From Anthoceros angustus (lineage: Eukaryota > Plantae > Anthocerotophyta), in assembly GCA_010909165.1 (NCBI GenBank), contig MU008161.1, forward strand, positions 2,170,001 to 2,234,000: a stretch of DNA of 64,000 nt, read 5' to 3'. This document shows, one piece after another, positions 50,010-62,219 of the stretch (position 1 is the first letter of the stretch; each line of letters opens with the position of its first letter). The position numbers and the translations under genes are program-made. The notes under the pieces were generated by a model, which worked only from the letters and a program-made list of their open reading frames with translations, was not told where the DNA came from and searched no databases.

Positions 50010-50240
50010 AAATTTAGTAGCGGACAGCATGTAGGTCATCCGTCTACCACGGAGCGAGTCCCCAGCAGGTGAAAAATTAGGATTTGCTCTTGTTCGGGCT
50101 TCTCATATATAAATTTGGTAGCGGACGACATGTAGGTCATCCGTCTACCACAGGAGAGTCTGTAGGTGAAAATTAGGATTGCTCTTGTTCGGGCTTCTCA
50201 TATGTAAATTTGGTAGCCAGGGCAGGTCATCCGTCTAACA
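50010..50240. repeat. ~95-bp tandem repeat, ~2.5 copies
   Basis: aaattt.gtagc..catgtaggtcatccgtctaccac recurrent. Confidence 0.8.
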
Positions 50241-50599
50241 GGATGGTCCATGGGTGGCTCACATAATCTCAGCTTGGAGGTGGCTCATGCACAAGTGTCC
50301 GGAGGAGCATGGGCGGTGTGCATGAAATCTTCAACAGGCAAAAGGAAGCACGGTGCAAGGTCCAAGGAAGCTTGAGGCTCTAGGAAGGCGGGAGGCGTTC
50401 GAGCCGAGATGTTTCATTTCGGCTTCTTGGTATACATAGTCTTAAGCCTTCATGGTCTTTCTTGTTGAGACTTAGTTATCAATCCCATATGTGGATCTAT
50501 GGATACTATGATCATGCGGTGATCATAAATAAAACCGTATCATAAGCGGTCAATTAAGCGTAAATTATAATGACATCTAACATGATCAGTTACCATGAA

Positions 50600-51051
50600 A
50601 CTCTCACTAAAAGCTGGTTTGAACATGCAAGAATATACCATGCAAACATTAAAATATTCTTTATGCAGCCATGTTTTGTGGTATGTATCTGGGTCATGGA
50701 GGTCACCATTGTCCAGTGCTGGCGTGTACGGGACAAAGCAGCGCCGTGCAGTCACCGTCTGACACTTACGGGCTCGAGCCGCCTGCTGCGATGTTCCGGT
50801 CGCGCCCGTCGGAAAAGCAGCGTCGTCTTGAGCCGGGTAGCTCAGTGCGGTCGCCCGCGGGCCGCGGGCGATCAGATCCATTCAGCACTAGTCGAACGGG
50901 ACTGCGGTGTCCGGTGCGCCGTCTTTCACCTCTCCACGGCGTCCTCGAAAGACACTACAAAGGCGTGTTCGATCTTGGGAGCCGTCTTAAGAGGCCGCCA
51001 TTGTCTTTGAGCGTCTTAATATGTCTCAAATAGCGGTGTTTTGTAGTAGTG
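50600..51051. mobile_element. CACTA-like transposon terminus (second copy ends at 52678)
   Basis: Minus-strand CACTACTACAAAA at 51051-51039 with subterminal AAGACG repeats; matching other end not found. Confidence 0.45.
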
Positions 51052-52285
51052 ATGTTAATGGGACAAAGGCTGGTCACCGTCTCCGCATAAGCGGACTACG
51101 GAGAAGATGAAGGCTTTCATCTCCTTCTTTTAAATGTTTTGTTTCCCCTACGGATTGTCGTATGAGCAATCAACGGGGCCATATCGTTGATCGTGTTAGA
51201 AAGCGAGTTATTCGAGGTTCGGTACATTAGAAATGGTGTGCTATGCATACATATATAGCCTTTGGCCTTGTCATACTCTCGATAGTATGAAACCCTATCT
51301 CGCTCTGGGATAATCCTATATACTTCTAGGACTTATACTCATAACTCTAATATGTGATGTGTTGCACCAATCCTATAGATTTCTAACACTCCCACTCAAC
51401 ACATCGCTACTCTTTTAAGCCTAACATCTTGCTAAACTTAACGTGCTTCTCTAAAGTCAATCCTTTTGGTCAAAACATCTGAGGCATGTCCATGTGGGAC
51501 AATACGCTAGCTCTATCTCCTTGGATTGAACTTTCTCTCGATGAAGTGATGCTTTACTTCAATGTGTTTTCCTTGCGTGAAAAGTAGCATTCTTTGCTAA
51601 GTAAATGCAACCTTGATTGTCGTTGAAGATGGTTGTTGCACCCTTACTTAAATCCCATTTCTTGAGCAATCGTCGTAGCCATATTGCTTCCATTGTTGCG
51701 TGAGATATTGCCATGTACTCCGCTCAGAGGACAAAGCCATGGTGACGCCTACTACTCCATGAAATGGCTCCCCAAATAGCATAAATACATATCCTGGTAG
51801 ACTTGCCATCGACATCTCCATTGTCGAATCACAAAATCCAACCACCAGGCGTCTTCATGTCGATCCTTTTGGTATTGCAACTTCCAATGTTTTGTGCCGC
51901 GCAAGTATCTCGAATATCCTCTTGATCGCTTGATAATCTTGTTGTCCGGGGTTGGCCAAGAATCGACTCACAACTCCCACTCTGCAATGTCGGGCCTTGT
52001 CCACATTGCCAAATATGTAAGCGATAACGGCACGTTGATAGAGAGTCTTATCTATCTTCTCTTTCTCCTTTTAGGTTGTAGGGCTCATGCTTCCATCGCC
52101 TTGCGCTTAATCTTGAATGTCCACTTTGATCCTATGCTCTTCCTTCCGTGAGGTAGAGGAGTGATTGCCCAAGTTTTGTTCTTGAGAAGAGTTATACTCA
52201 CGTCACGGCTTCTTTCCACTCCTTTTGGTCCTTCCAATGCTTCCTTTAGGCTTTGTGGTTCGGCATCGCCAACCATGCCTTTAAA
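50637..52285. repeat. first unit of a ~1.63-kb tandem duplication carrying flank, 3' LTR (51194-51388) and RNaseH part of the Copia
   Basis: Same sequence repeats from ~52279; both LTR copies are preceded by GATCG. Confidence 0.85.
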
Positions 52286-52818
52286 ATATTCTTTGTGACC
52301 ATGTTTTGTGGTATGTATACGGTCATGGAGTCACCATTGTCGGTCTGCGTGTAACGGACAAAGCGAGCCCGTGCGGCCACGGGGTCACCGTCGGCTTGCC
52401 AGGCTCGGGCACTTGCAGCTGCGATATTCGGTGCGCCCGTCTGAAGCAGCGTCGGTAATGCCGGTGGCTCGAGTCTGCGATCGCCGCGGGCCCGGGCGAT
52501 CGGGTCCATTGCAACCGCTAATCGAAGCGGACTGCTGTCCGGTGCGCCGTCTTTCACCTCTCTCGGCGTCCTCGAAAGACACTACAAAGGCGTGTTACGA
52601 TCTTGGGAGCCGTCTTAAAGGCCGCCATCTTCTTCGGGCGTCTTAATATGTCTCAAATAGCGGTGTTTTGTAGTAGTGATGTGTCCGGACAAAGGCTGGT
52701 CACCGTCTCACTGCAAGCGGACTACGGAGAAGATGAAGGCTTTCATCTCCTTCTTTCTGAAATGTTTTGTTTCCCCTACGGGTTATATGAGCAATCAAGC
52801 AGGCCATATCGTTGATCG

Positions 52819-55800
52819 TGTTAGCAGTTATTCCAGTTGATACATTAGAAATGGTGTGCTATGCATACATATATAGCCTTTGGCCTTGTCATACTCTCGA
52901 TAGTATGAAACCCTATCTCGCTCTGGGATAATCCTATATACTTCTAGGACTTATACTCATAACTCTAATATGTGATGTGTTGCACCAATCCTATAGATTT
53001 CTAACACTCCCACTCAACACATCGCTACTCTTTTAAGCCTAACATCTTGCTAAACTTAACGTGCTTCTCTAAAGTCAATCCTTTTGGTCAAAACATCTGA
53101 GGCATGTCCATGTGGGACAATACGCTAGCTCTATCTCCTTGGATTGAACTTTCTCTCGATGAAGTGATGCTTTACTTCAATGTGTTTTCCTTGCGTGAAA
53201 AGTAGCATTCTTTGCTAAGTAAATGCAACCTTGATTGTCGTTGAAGATGGTTGTTGCACCCTTACTTAAATCCCATTTCTTGAGCAATCGTCGTAGCCAT
53301 ATTGCTTCCATTGTTGCGGCGATATTGCCATGTACTCCGCTCAGAGGACAAAGCCATGGTGACGCCTACTACTCCATGAAATGGCTCCCCAAATAGCATA
53401 AATACATATCCTGTGGTAGACTTGCGATCGACATCTCCATTGTCAATCAAAAATCCAACCACCAGGCGTCTTCATGTCGATCCTTTTGGTATTGCAACTT
53501 CCAATGTTTTGTGCAGCATAGTATCTGAATATCCTCTTGATTTGATAATCTTGTTGTCCGGGGTTGGCCAAGAATCGACTCACAACTCCCACTCTGCAAT
53601 GTGCCTTGTCCACATTGCCAAATATGTAAGCGATAACGGCACGTTGATAGAGAGTCTTATCTATCTTCTCTTTCTCCTTTTAGGTTGTAGGGCTCATGCT
53701 TCCATCGCCTTGCGCTTAATCTTGAATGTCCACTTTGATCCTATGCTCTTCCTTCCGTGAGGTAGAGGAGTGATTGCCCAAGTTTTGTTCTTGAGAAGAG
53801 AGTTATACTCACGTCACGGCTTCTTTCCACTCCTTTGCCTTTTGGTCCTTCCAATGCTTCCTTAGGCTTTGTGGTTCGGCATCGCCAACCATGCCTCCTC
53901 ATACACACATGCATTCATGGATTCCAAGATCTTCTGAAGGTTTCCATTGTCGTTGATCTTCTCAAGATTGGTTGTCTCTCTCGAATACTTGAGCTTCCTC
54001 TTCTTCGTCAATTACGACAATGCTTTGATCTTCATCTACTTCTCCATCGCGTGAATTTCCCTTTCTCCCCTCTATGTCGCATTGTTGAGAAGGTTCGTTG
54101 AGCTCAGGCGGTTGCTCAAGAGTGTCATCATAGTCGAATCCTCATGGTCGTCAACATACGTCGGATCCTTCATGATAACCGGGGTTGGAGCTCCCACTCC
54201 TTTGATGGGTTCCACAACCTCATTAAATACAACGTCCACTAAAATGATCTTCTTCCTTGAAAGATCATACAACCGGTAGCCCTTAATCTCGAAGAGTATC
54301 CAAGCATAAGGCACTTCACGCCTTTTGGATCCCATTTTGTTCGGGTTTGCTTGAACGTGAGCATAAACCACAACCAAAGATCCTCAAATGGCTTATGTCG
54401 GACGGCGAGACCACGCTTCCTCCGGTCATTCCAACAATAGCTTTGGTTGGAACTCGATTCAAAACATAGGTTCATGTAATGACCTCACCCCAAAACGTAC
54501 TTCCAAGCCACTATGATGTAACATGCATTTAGTCCAGACTCCTAAGTTTGCTCCCACTCCATTTTGCTCCGGTGTGAGGGATGGTTAGTTGCCTTCCAAT
54601 TCCATGCTCCTTGCAAAAGCGTTGGAAGTTAGTGGAGATGTATTCACCTCCGTTGTCACTCATAAAGTCTTGACGTTGTCCACTTCGTTCTCTCCACCAT
54701 GGCTTTCCATTCCTTGAAGAGTGTAAATACCGGATTTCTCCTTCATAAGATATGTCCAGTCTTCCTAGTGAAATCATCCACAAACACCGAATGTAGCGGG
54801 CTCCGCCATGAGTGGATTTTATTTTCACCACACACATGTGTGTACCAACTCTAGCGCCATCTTTGCTCGTCATGCAATCTTTGGGAACTTAGTTCGGTGT
54901 AGCTTTCCCATTATGCACCCTTGGCATAAGCGGCTCACCCACTTCTTTCAAATCCAAGCGTAACCATATGTTGGTTCTTCATCAACTTCATTGTCCACAC
55001 CAATGTGCCCTAGACGTTGATGCCATAAATCAATAGATCCAATGCTATTTTTTTCATAAAGGTGCAAGCTTGCCTTCCACGAAACTTTGTACAAATTTCC
55101 TACGGACGCCTAGCAATCACTTTAGCATTCGATAACTCGAGTTTCAGTTGGATCAAATCCTTTTGGAATTGAACACAACCTCATGACATCGGCAATTTTT
55201 GCGGAAAGAAGATTCCTCGCAAGATGAGGCACATGATGCACGTCTTAATACACCTCCCGGAAGATGGACTCGTAACACTCCTCTTCCCTTGATGTCATGT
55301 GACCTATTGTCACCAAGCGCCTATGCCCCTCGCAATACCTCGTAGCTTGAGAACCAAGGAAGGTTATAAGCGAAATCTTTGGGATGCACCGAGTCAAGGT
55401 ACAAACTCTCATCCTTCTTTGATGAAGTCGCTTGATCTCTTTCGGTGAAGCACGCCAAGATGTGTTCTTGGTCCTTCTCGGACTTGATTAGCTTGGGATG
55501 ATTTTCTTCAAGTCCGCCAATCTTATTTTCTGATCCTTTGCGTGATTGGGCTTCCGCATAATAACAAAAGCCTTTCACCTTTCTCTTTGCATCTATCCTT
55601 GTCCCTTCTAGAGACTTGGCTTGGTCTTCCACCGTGATGTGCTCTTCTTGAGAAGAGTGCCAAGCCTTCGCTGCCTTGTGTCCGGAAAGAACCATCAAGC
55701 TCCTCTTGTAGGAGTAATCTAACCACCTCATCAAAGGTTGGTTGATTGTCACTTGACGCATCGCTACGGATGCCCTATAAGACAATAAAATTGCCTACAT

Positions 55801-56611
55801 GATGGTGGCAAACTACTCACGGTGATCACCTTACCCTCAAGGTTTGATCTCGCCTCCCTCATTTGATCAACCAAGCTTTTCAACTTGTTGACATGTTGTT
55901 GAACGGTGTCGCCTCACCATCTTGAAGTTGGAGAATTGACTTTCCAAGCATTTCGCTCACAATGCTCTTCTTCTCAGCGTTGTGCAAAGAATTTTCCATG
56001 CATCCTGAAGAGACACACTCGCTCAATTGTGAGAGAATGTCATCCGACACATTCAGATAATATTAGCCAAGGCTTTCGCATCCTTGTCTATATCCTTTTC
56101 GAGCGCCATCCTGAAGTCCATTTTCCACAAACTTCCACAATCCTCTGTCAATGAGAAGAGATTTTAGCTTCAACTTCCATAATGTGAAGTTCCCGCCATC
56201 AAACTTCTCCACTTGACGCGTAGTCTCCATATGCACACCTCAAAGCTATGCAAAGACAAGACAAAAGTTCCTCGCACCAAAACTACTACCAAGCTTCACA
56301 AATTGCAAGCGAGCTTTCACGGACACTTAGTCGCATAACTACAAACAATGCAATAGAAGACAAGTGGCAAGAGTCCACGGTGGTGGTGCAGTACGCATCT
56401 CTGAACCATGCTCGATACCATGTTAGAAAGCGAATTCCAGTTTATACATTAGAAATGGTGTGCTATGCATACATATATAGCCTTTGGCCTTGTCATACTC
56501 TCGATAGTATGAAACCCTATCTCGCTCCTGGGATAATCCTATATACTTCTGGGACTTATACTCATAACTCTAATATGTGATGTGTTGCACCAATCCTATA
56601 GATTTCTAACA
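52819..56611 (-). mobile_element. Ty1/Copia LTR retrotransposon, non-autonomous (RT core deleted, frameshifted gag-pol)
   Basis: ~190-bp LTRs TGTTAG..CTAACA at 52819-53006 and 56421-56611; PBS TGGTATC(A)GAGC (tRNA-iMet) at 56410-56420; PPT TTGAGTGGGAG; TSD GATCG; integrase SDNGGEY, GYRLYD; RKSIGSKWTFKIK; RNaseH remnants. Confidence 0.9.
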
Positions 56612-57039
56612 GATCGTCTATATGTTGGACTGTCACATGTTGAGAAGCTAAGCCAATGATTGAGCACCGGTTGATTCTGTTCCAGGAGTAATGCAAGGGA
56701 CTCTGCATCTACGAGCCCTGCGTGTTTTGCGGTGTACCCCAACTTTGTTGTTCCTTCCACTAGAGCAGGCAACCATGGCCATATGCTTTGCTAGCTTGTG
56801 CTCACTTGAACTGTTTGCTGCAGTCGATCACTTTAATGTTCCTCCCATTTGACAAGCAATTACTCGCCTCAGGCTGGGCCTGGCGGGACGGGCCTTCAAG
56901 TTCAAAGGCAGCTACATCCGCTTTGCTGCGGCTTCCAGCAAGAAAAATCTAAATTCAAAGGAGTCTTGAGTTTAAATGTCAAATTGGAGTTTCAACGAAC
57001 GTTCAACAGTGATCGCGCCTGCAGATGTTGGGTTTGTCG

Positions 57040-57750
57040 TCAACTTTTCCTTTCATGCATGTATTGTCTTTGAGAGGCATACATTCGCATAACGTGGTTG
57101 TACAGGAATGTGTCCGTATATCTCTTCTTGACAAGAACATGAACACGGCGACCCAGACTCTGCTTCATCCCACATCGTCTAAGCACAGCAGAAAGCATAG
57201 ACCTTGGAATAGGAGATCTTGTCTGCCCCAGATCCTCCAGAGCTTCCACTGCCTCACTAAGCTTCCCCTGCTGACATAGACTCCTTAAGGGTTCACCAAT
57301 TTCGTATCCTGCACTGCTGCGGGCCAGGAATACCCGGCAACCTGGGCGTAGATGCATTCGCACCACGACGCTTCTGCTCATCTAGTAGAGCAGCCAGCTC
57401 CATATCCACCCAAGGTGGCTTGTGCAAGCTCTTCAGCCGCAGAACGTCGCTGGACTCCTTATGACGGAAGTCAGGAGAACCGGACTTCTTGCCATGTTGC
57501 CTGTTGTCCCACCAAAGTGTATGGTCCAGAAAAACTGTCGCCACAACAGCTCCTGCCGCCCACCCTCGCTCGAAGACAGCACGACCTCCTAAACGGTCTC
57601 TTGGGCTACGAACTGAGCTCGTTGTAAGGCTCCTGGCCCTGGGAGCTTGACGTTTCTTTGTCAAATCCAGGAAAGGTGTTGCCACAACAGGCCTAGCCTC
57701 CTCTGCGAGAATGAAGTGCAACCTTCAGGGAGGCCTGATTCGAAGAATCA
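57040..57750 (-). pseudogene. truncated PPR gene fragment similar to the N-terminus of the 40109 PPR
   Basis: LCQQGKLSEAVEALEDL...DTFLYNHVMRMYAS vs ICQQGHITEAVEALGVL...DTFLCNNIMRMYAA; TLWWDNR vs KIWWDDR; frameshifts. Confidence 0.6.
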
Positions 57751-58175
57751 TGCGCTAGAGCTATGGGAGAAATCAAGCCTCCTGGACCCATGTACCCACA
57801 CCAATATACTGCTCAATACAAATATATGAAAACTGGCAAGCAATTGTGCAGAGAGTCCGTTTCGTGTTCGATGCTTCTATTATGCATGACAAGCTTCCAG
57901 GATTGGTAGGAGTGTGATCGCACATTAGAAGGTTTTGGTCACCACCAAAGTTGTGCCATGTGCAGTGTTCAGAAGACCGTATGTAAGAGCAAGTTTCTCA
58001 GCGTGTCCACACAAGGCAGTTATGAATTTTGTACCTGTTCCTCACAACATGGCACCAGGTTTATTTCCGCGGCGATGTTGCATATGCTTCGTTTTACCCT
58101 TTTCTATTACTAAAAACTAGTGGTAGCACAGCCCTCCCTTTTGTTGTAGTGAAAATGTGTATCATAAAGTCGTAC

Positions 58176-58480
58176 GTCGTCTAGTTGGATCACTTCATCG
58201 CAGGAGCATGCTGCAATATGGAGAACCACCAACTCATCGAGATCCATTTCACTGGAAATCTTCCTCGTCTGGCCACTGAATTCCTCCTCTGAATCCAGGA
58301 ATTCGAAGATGGGAAACGGATCCGATATATGCCAAAGACCTGGAAGTTGGTTTCCTTTTGAACTTTGTTTTGGAGCATCATTCAGACAGCTAGGAAGATA
58401 TAGATTGAAATGGATCTCGATCAGTGGGCGGACCTCAATACGACTGCAGTGCTCCTGCAATGAAGTTCGAGTTAGACGAC
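58176..58480. ncRNA. long imperfect inverted repeat, candidate MIRNA/hpRNA precursor
   Basis: Arms 58176-58265 and 58392-58480 are reverse complements in three blocks; ~125-nt loop. Confidence 0.4.
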
Positions 58481-59209
58481 ATGTGTGACAAAACTCGGTC
58501 CTTGGCTTCCATCTGCTGTCGGCCTCCACGCTGTCCCTGGCTGCCATCTGCTGTCTGCCTCCGCTATGCATAGATCATCCATGCCTATGCGGAATGTATA
58601 GAAAAAGTCAAGAAAGAGAATGGCAGCAGGCCTAGGCTTGTGACTGCAAAACCTGCTCCCTAATTGATAGAGGTTTTCAGCACCCACGGATGAAGCCACG
58701 CTGTTCTGCCTGAAGACGAATACCAGAAGACTCGAGAGAAAAGGCGATCCTGCAGCCCGGACAGAAAAACACAAACAACGCGGACAAGGAAAAGTATATT
58801 AGGCCTAGCAAACTCCTAGGACAATAATATTCCGATGGGACGGAAACATATACATCTATCTGGCCTGGCCTGCAAACTCTTGTGCGAAAGTACAATTGGC
58901 ACCTACCTTGAGCCTCTCGGCTCTCTGCAAATTGAACTCTCTGAAAAAGCCCTGACCTATGCTACCAATACTGTAATATGCCAAGGACAGGTTCGACAGC
59001 CACAGCCAAATTACCTTCTTTTTGTGGGCTCGTGATGAATGTCAACAACCACGTCCTAAGGCTGCTCGTGAGCACTTATGCTTGAAGTGCAGTGGTGAAG
59101 AGATTCTTTCCAATTGCAGGGGCATGACTTCAGGTGGGCGGTGCTCCTCCTTGCTTGAGCTCACTGCATCATCAACCAACCACAATCTCGATATTATATT
59201 GGCAAAGCG

Positions 59210-59720
59210 ATTCACACAACTCAGGCTAGGCTTGCAAAGCAGTCCGTCGAGGAGCTGTGGTACATACATCCGCAAGGCTCTCAAGAAACAGCCATACCTG
59301 ATGAGGATGGGGATGGTTGATGACCGTTTTGCAGTGGTGGACCCGATTGAGGTGCGACCTTCATTCCTCCACGTTCCTCATGTCCAGGCAACCTCCGTCG
59401 CAAAGCTCTGCAGTTGTCAAGCAGCTGATCGTCCCTCCTGGACATGACGTTTCTATCGCAACACGGCTCCACCATCTCGTGATTCACGACTCAGGCTAGG
59501 GTTACAGCAGTCATTCGACGAGCTATACATCCATCCGCAACGCTCTCAAGAAACAGCCCTTCCGGTACTGATGAGGATCGGGCGAGATCCTTGATGGGCG
59601 TGTTTGCAGTGGTGCACCCGATCGTCGGTGCCAGCTTCATTCGTCCACATTCCTCATGTCTAACCAAATCTGCCGAAAAGCTCTAAAGTTTGGACATGAC
59701 GTGTCTACCGCAACACCATC
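59210..59720. repeat. diverged ~270-bp tandem duplication of unknown coding-like sequence
   Basis: actcaggctagg...ctctcaagaaacagcc...tgcagtggtg.acccgat...cctcatgtc...ggacatgacgt occurs twice. Confidence 0.65.
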
Positions 59721-60088
59721 TCCATCGCTCCCGCCATCGGTTCGACACAACCGCAAGTCTCATCTGCCGGAGCGTGGAGTGGCAGGCCCCGGACGCCCAA
59801 GCTATGTAGTAAAACAACTCGCTTTCTGCGAAGTCTTATGTTTGTATCGAGTTAGTTAGTTAGTCAGTTAGGGTTTTGTTCATGTTTATTAAAATTACTC
59901 ATCATCTGACCTAGATGATTTGGATAAGTTATTATTTGTATATATCTACTATAAATATTGAATTTCTATTTTAATTTATATATTTTAATATTTGAACTTT
60001 TAAATAAAATATAGTAGTTATTTTTATATTTCTAAAATTAACTTTTTACAAAACATTATGCTCACACTCCATACAGGTTTCATGGGCT

Positions 60089-60138
60089 GGGGTTTAGGGT
60101 TTAGGGTTTAGGGTTTAGGGTTTAGGTTTAGGGTTTAG
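60089..60138. repeat. interstitial telomeric repeat (TTTAGGG) x ~6.5
   Basis: Directly visible, with one TTTAGG variant. Confidence 0.92.
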
Positions 60139-60149
60139 TTTTTGGTTGT

Positions 60150-60605
60150 ACGTCGTAACATCTCCTACGAGACACAAGGATGCAAGCATGTTCACAAGTA
60201 CTGTGATGTAGAAAGGCCATGCCTTCATACCCTTTGCCATTGAGACTCATGGGGTCATGGGCAAGGATTTCTCCAAGTTCATCAAGGCTTGTGCTAAAGC
60301 CTACCACAAGAAGAATGAGGTTGGTTTCTCCTTCTTGTGTGGTGGCTTTCTTTTAGCAATGGGTGTCCATCACCCTACGGATCTGCATTGGCCAACATTG
60401 CAAGACGGCACCTATGGCAAGGAACGTGGCATCTTCGACACCAGTGGTAGCTAGGCCCTTTTTTTTCCCGGACCATGACATTCTTGGCGCTATAGGTAGC
60501 TTCGAGATAAGAGATCACGAGGGCTAGTCCTCCTTGGCCTGGTGTCCTCTAGAGGGTTGTTCCTCTTAGAGTAGATGGGTTTTTCCATCTTTTTTTACAT
60601 AAAGT
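60150..60605 (+). mobile_element. 5'-truncated CRE-like non-LTR retroelement (REL tail plus 3' UTR)
   Basis: GHAFIPFAIETHGVMGKDFSKFIKACA matches the F.PFA.ET.G motif of REL endonuclease tails; 3' UTR shared with 16860-17000. Confidence 0.55.
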
Positions 60606-60949
60606 ATATTGCCGTGAGGCAACATAGCTCCATGGCCACATTAGGTCATGGCTCATGTGAGAGTCTCGAACCACGAAGCTTCACGGTTCGGATAAGCCTC
60701 CAAAATAGGCATATCACTTAAACAAGTATTTAACAAGCTGCAAAATAAGCTTATTGGCTAACTACCAAAGCAGCAAAGTAAAAGAAGAACTAGGCAAAAT
60801 CCTAATCCGGACATTAAAATCCTAATTGAAACTCTAATTTGACATTTGAACGAACGTTCAATAGTGATCGCGCCTGCAGATGTTGGGTTTGTCGTCACCT
60901 TTTCCTTTCATGCATGTATTGTCTGAAACTTGCATCGATCGAAAGATTC

Positions 60950-61310
60950 CGAGGTGCCTTAGGCCCGAGCTGCTGAAGTTCCGGAGCATGTGGGAGATGT
61001 GGAGGTCGTCGGGCCTCTTCCCCTTGATGGAAAGCATCACACCTTTTCTCAATTCGATGATTGGACCAGATGGATAGTACCAGTCTTATATAGAAGCTTG
61101 TGGAGGTAGTTTCTACATGGCCCACTAGGCTGAAGAAGGAAAGCATCACTTTTCTTCCAGAAATCGTGGTTGATCGGGACCCGGGAGATGCTCATGGCCC
61201 TGGAGTCCCTGCAACGCTTGCTGGAGGAGGACTCTGAGTTGATCACTATGGTTATGGAGGCTTGTTGTAACCTGAATCTCAGTGAGGAGCTGCAAGAACA
61301 GGTTAGCACA
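60950..61310 (+). pseudogene. FANCD2 pseudogene fragment
   Basis: QF(R)*LDQMD...KLVEVVSTWPTRLKKESITFLPEIV / LESLQRLLEEDSELITMVMEACCNLNLSEELQEQ recalls plant FANCD2 QFRWLD..KL.EV..LKKEII..LPEI..LQED..V..LSNLNL..LQEQ; stops and frameshift. Confidence 0.55.
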
Positions 61311-62219
61311 ATCAAGTCTGCTCTTCTTCTACTTGGCCAGTTGCACACCACGAGCCAAAATAATGCATTCGTTAAAAGGGTTCATCGTAACGGTATAGAG
61401 GCGTTGGAACTTCATGCTTCCTTCCTTTGAGCCGTGCTTTGGAACACGAGGTATAGTCCTGATCAGGTGAGATATCGATTTGAAAATTTCTCTCTAGTTC
61501 GAAACCTCAAAGAAAGAATCTTATCAAAAGATCAATTGTGAAGAAGAGAATTGATTTTTAAGCATTTGTGAGAGTGGGTTGTGGTGTGCCTTCACAGTAC
61601 TTGACTGTAAAGAAACATTCAAGAAAATCCCCACAACAATATTAATATTTGTGGCAGCTTTCACCGACATGACGATGGCTTGAATGGAATTTGTCTAAGG
61701 GTGCCGGTAGAGTTGCTGCTTTGTTTGAGTCGATTCTGAACACAGACTACAAGCGGCATTATTGGGTGCGTTATGCCCCATTATTATGAACACCGATTCA
61801 CATTCACAGGGAAGATACAAATGGGAAATTTCCAAGCTAATGGTTCAACAACGACCTCCTAAACTAAGACTAGCCTAGATGGTATTGGCGCCCACGCACT
61901 AATAGAAGCATCGACTACAACGCAGAAGTCACAAATCCAGACCCGCCTAAAAGCGACACACCAAACCTGTGGAGCAAAAGCAAATTCTTGGTCCACCAAA
62001 GATCCTGGATGTGCTTGGTGACCGAACAATCTAAGGCCAACTAGAACATCCGTGACAAGAGGACCTGAAGGCTCTTGACAAAGCGAATGAGCTTGTACTC
62101 ATTATGGTCAGCTGCCAGTAACCTCTAAACACCAGGCTCCACGTGGAAAAGAAGCATTACACCTCATAACTACCGACCTTGTTATGATGTAGGCGCTTTT
62201 ACTCCCGTTGTTGATGACC

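Noticed and set aside
25822-61310. Functional cluster of genome-maintenance genes (MUTYH, ATXR5/6, FANCD2)
   Set aside because: The genes are far apart, interspersed with unrelated genes, and FANCD2 is only a dead fragment; consistent with chance
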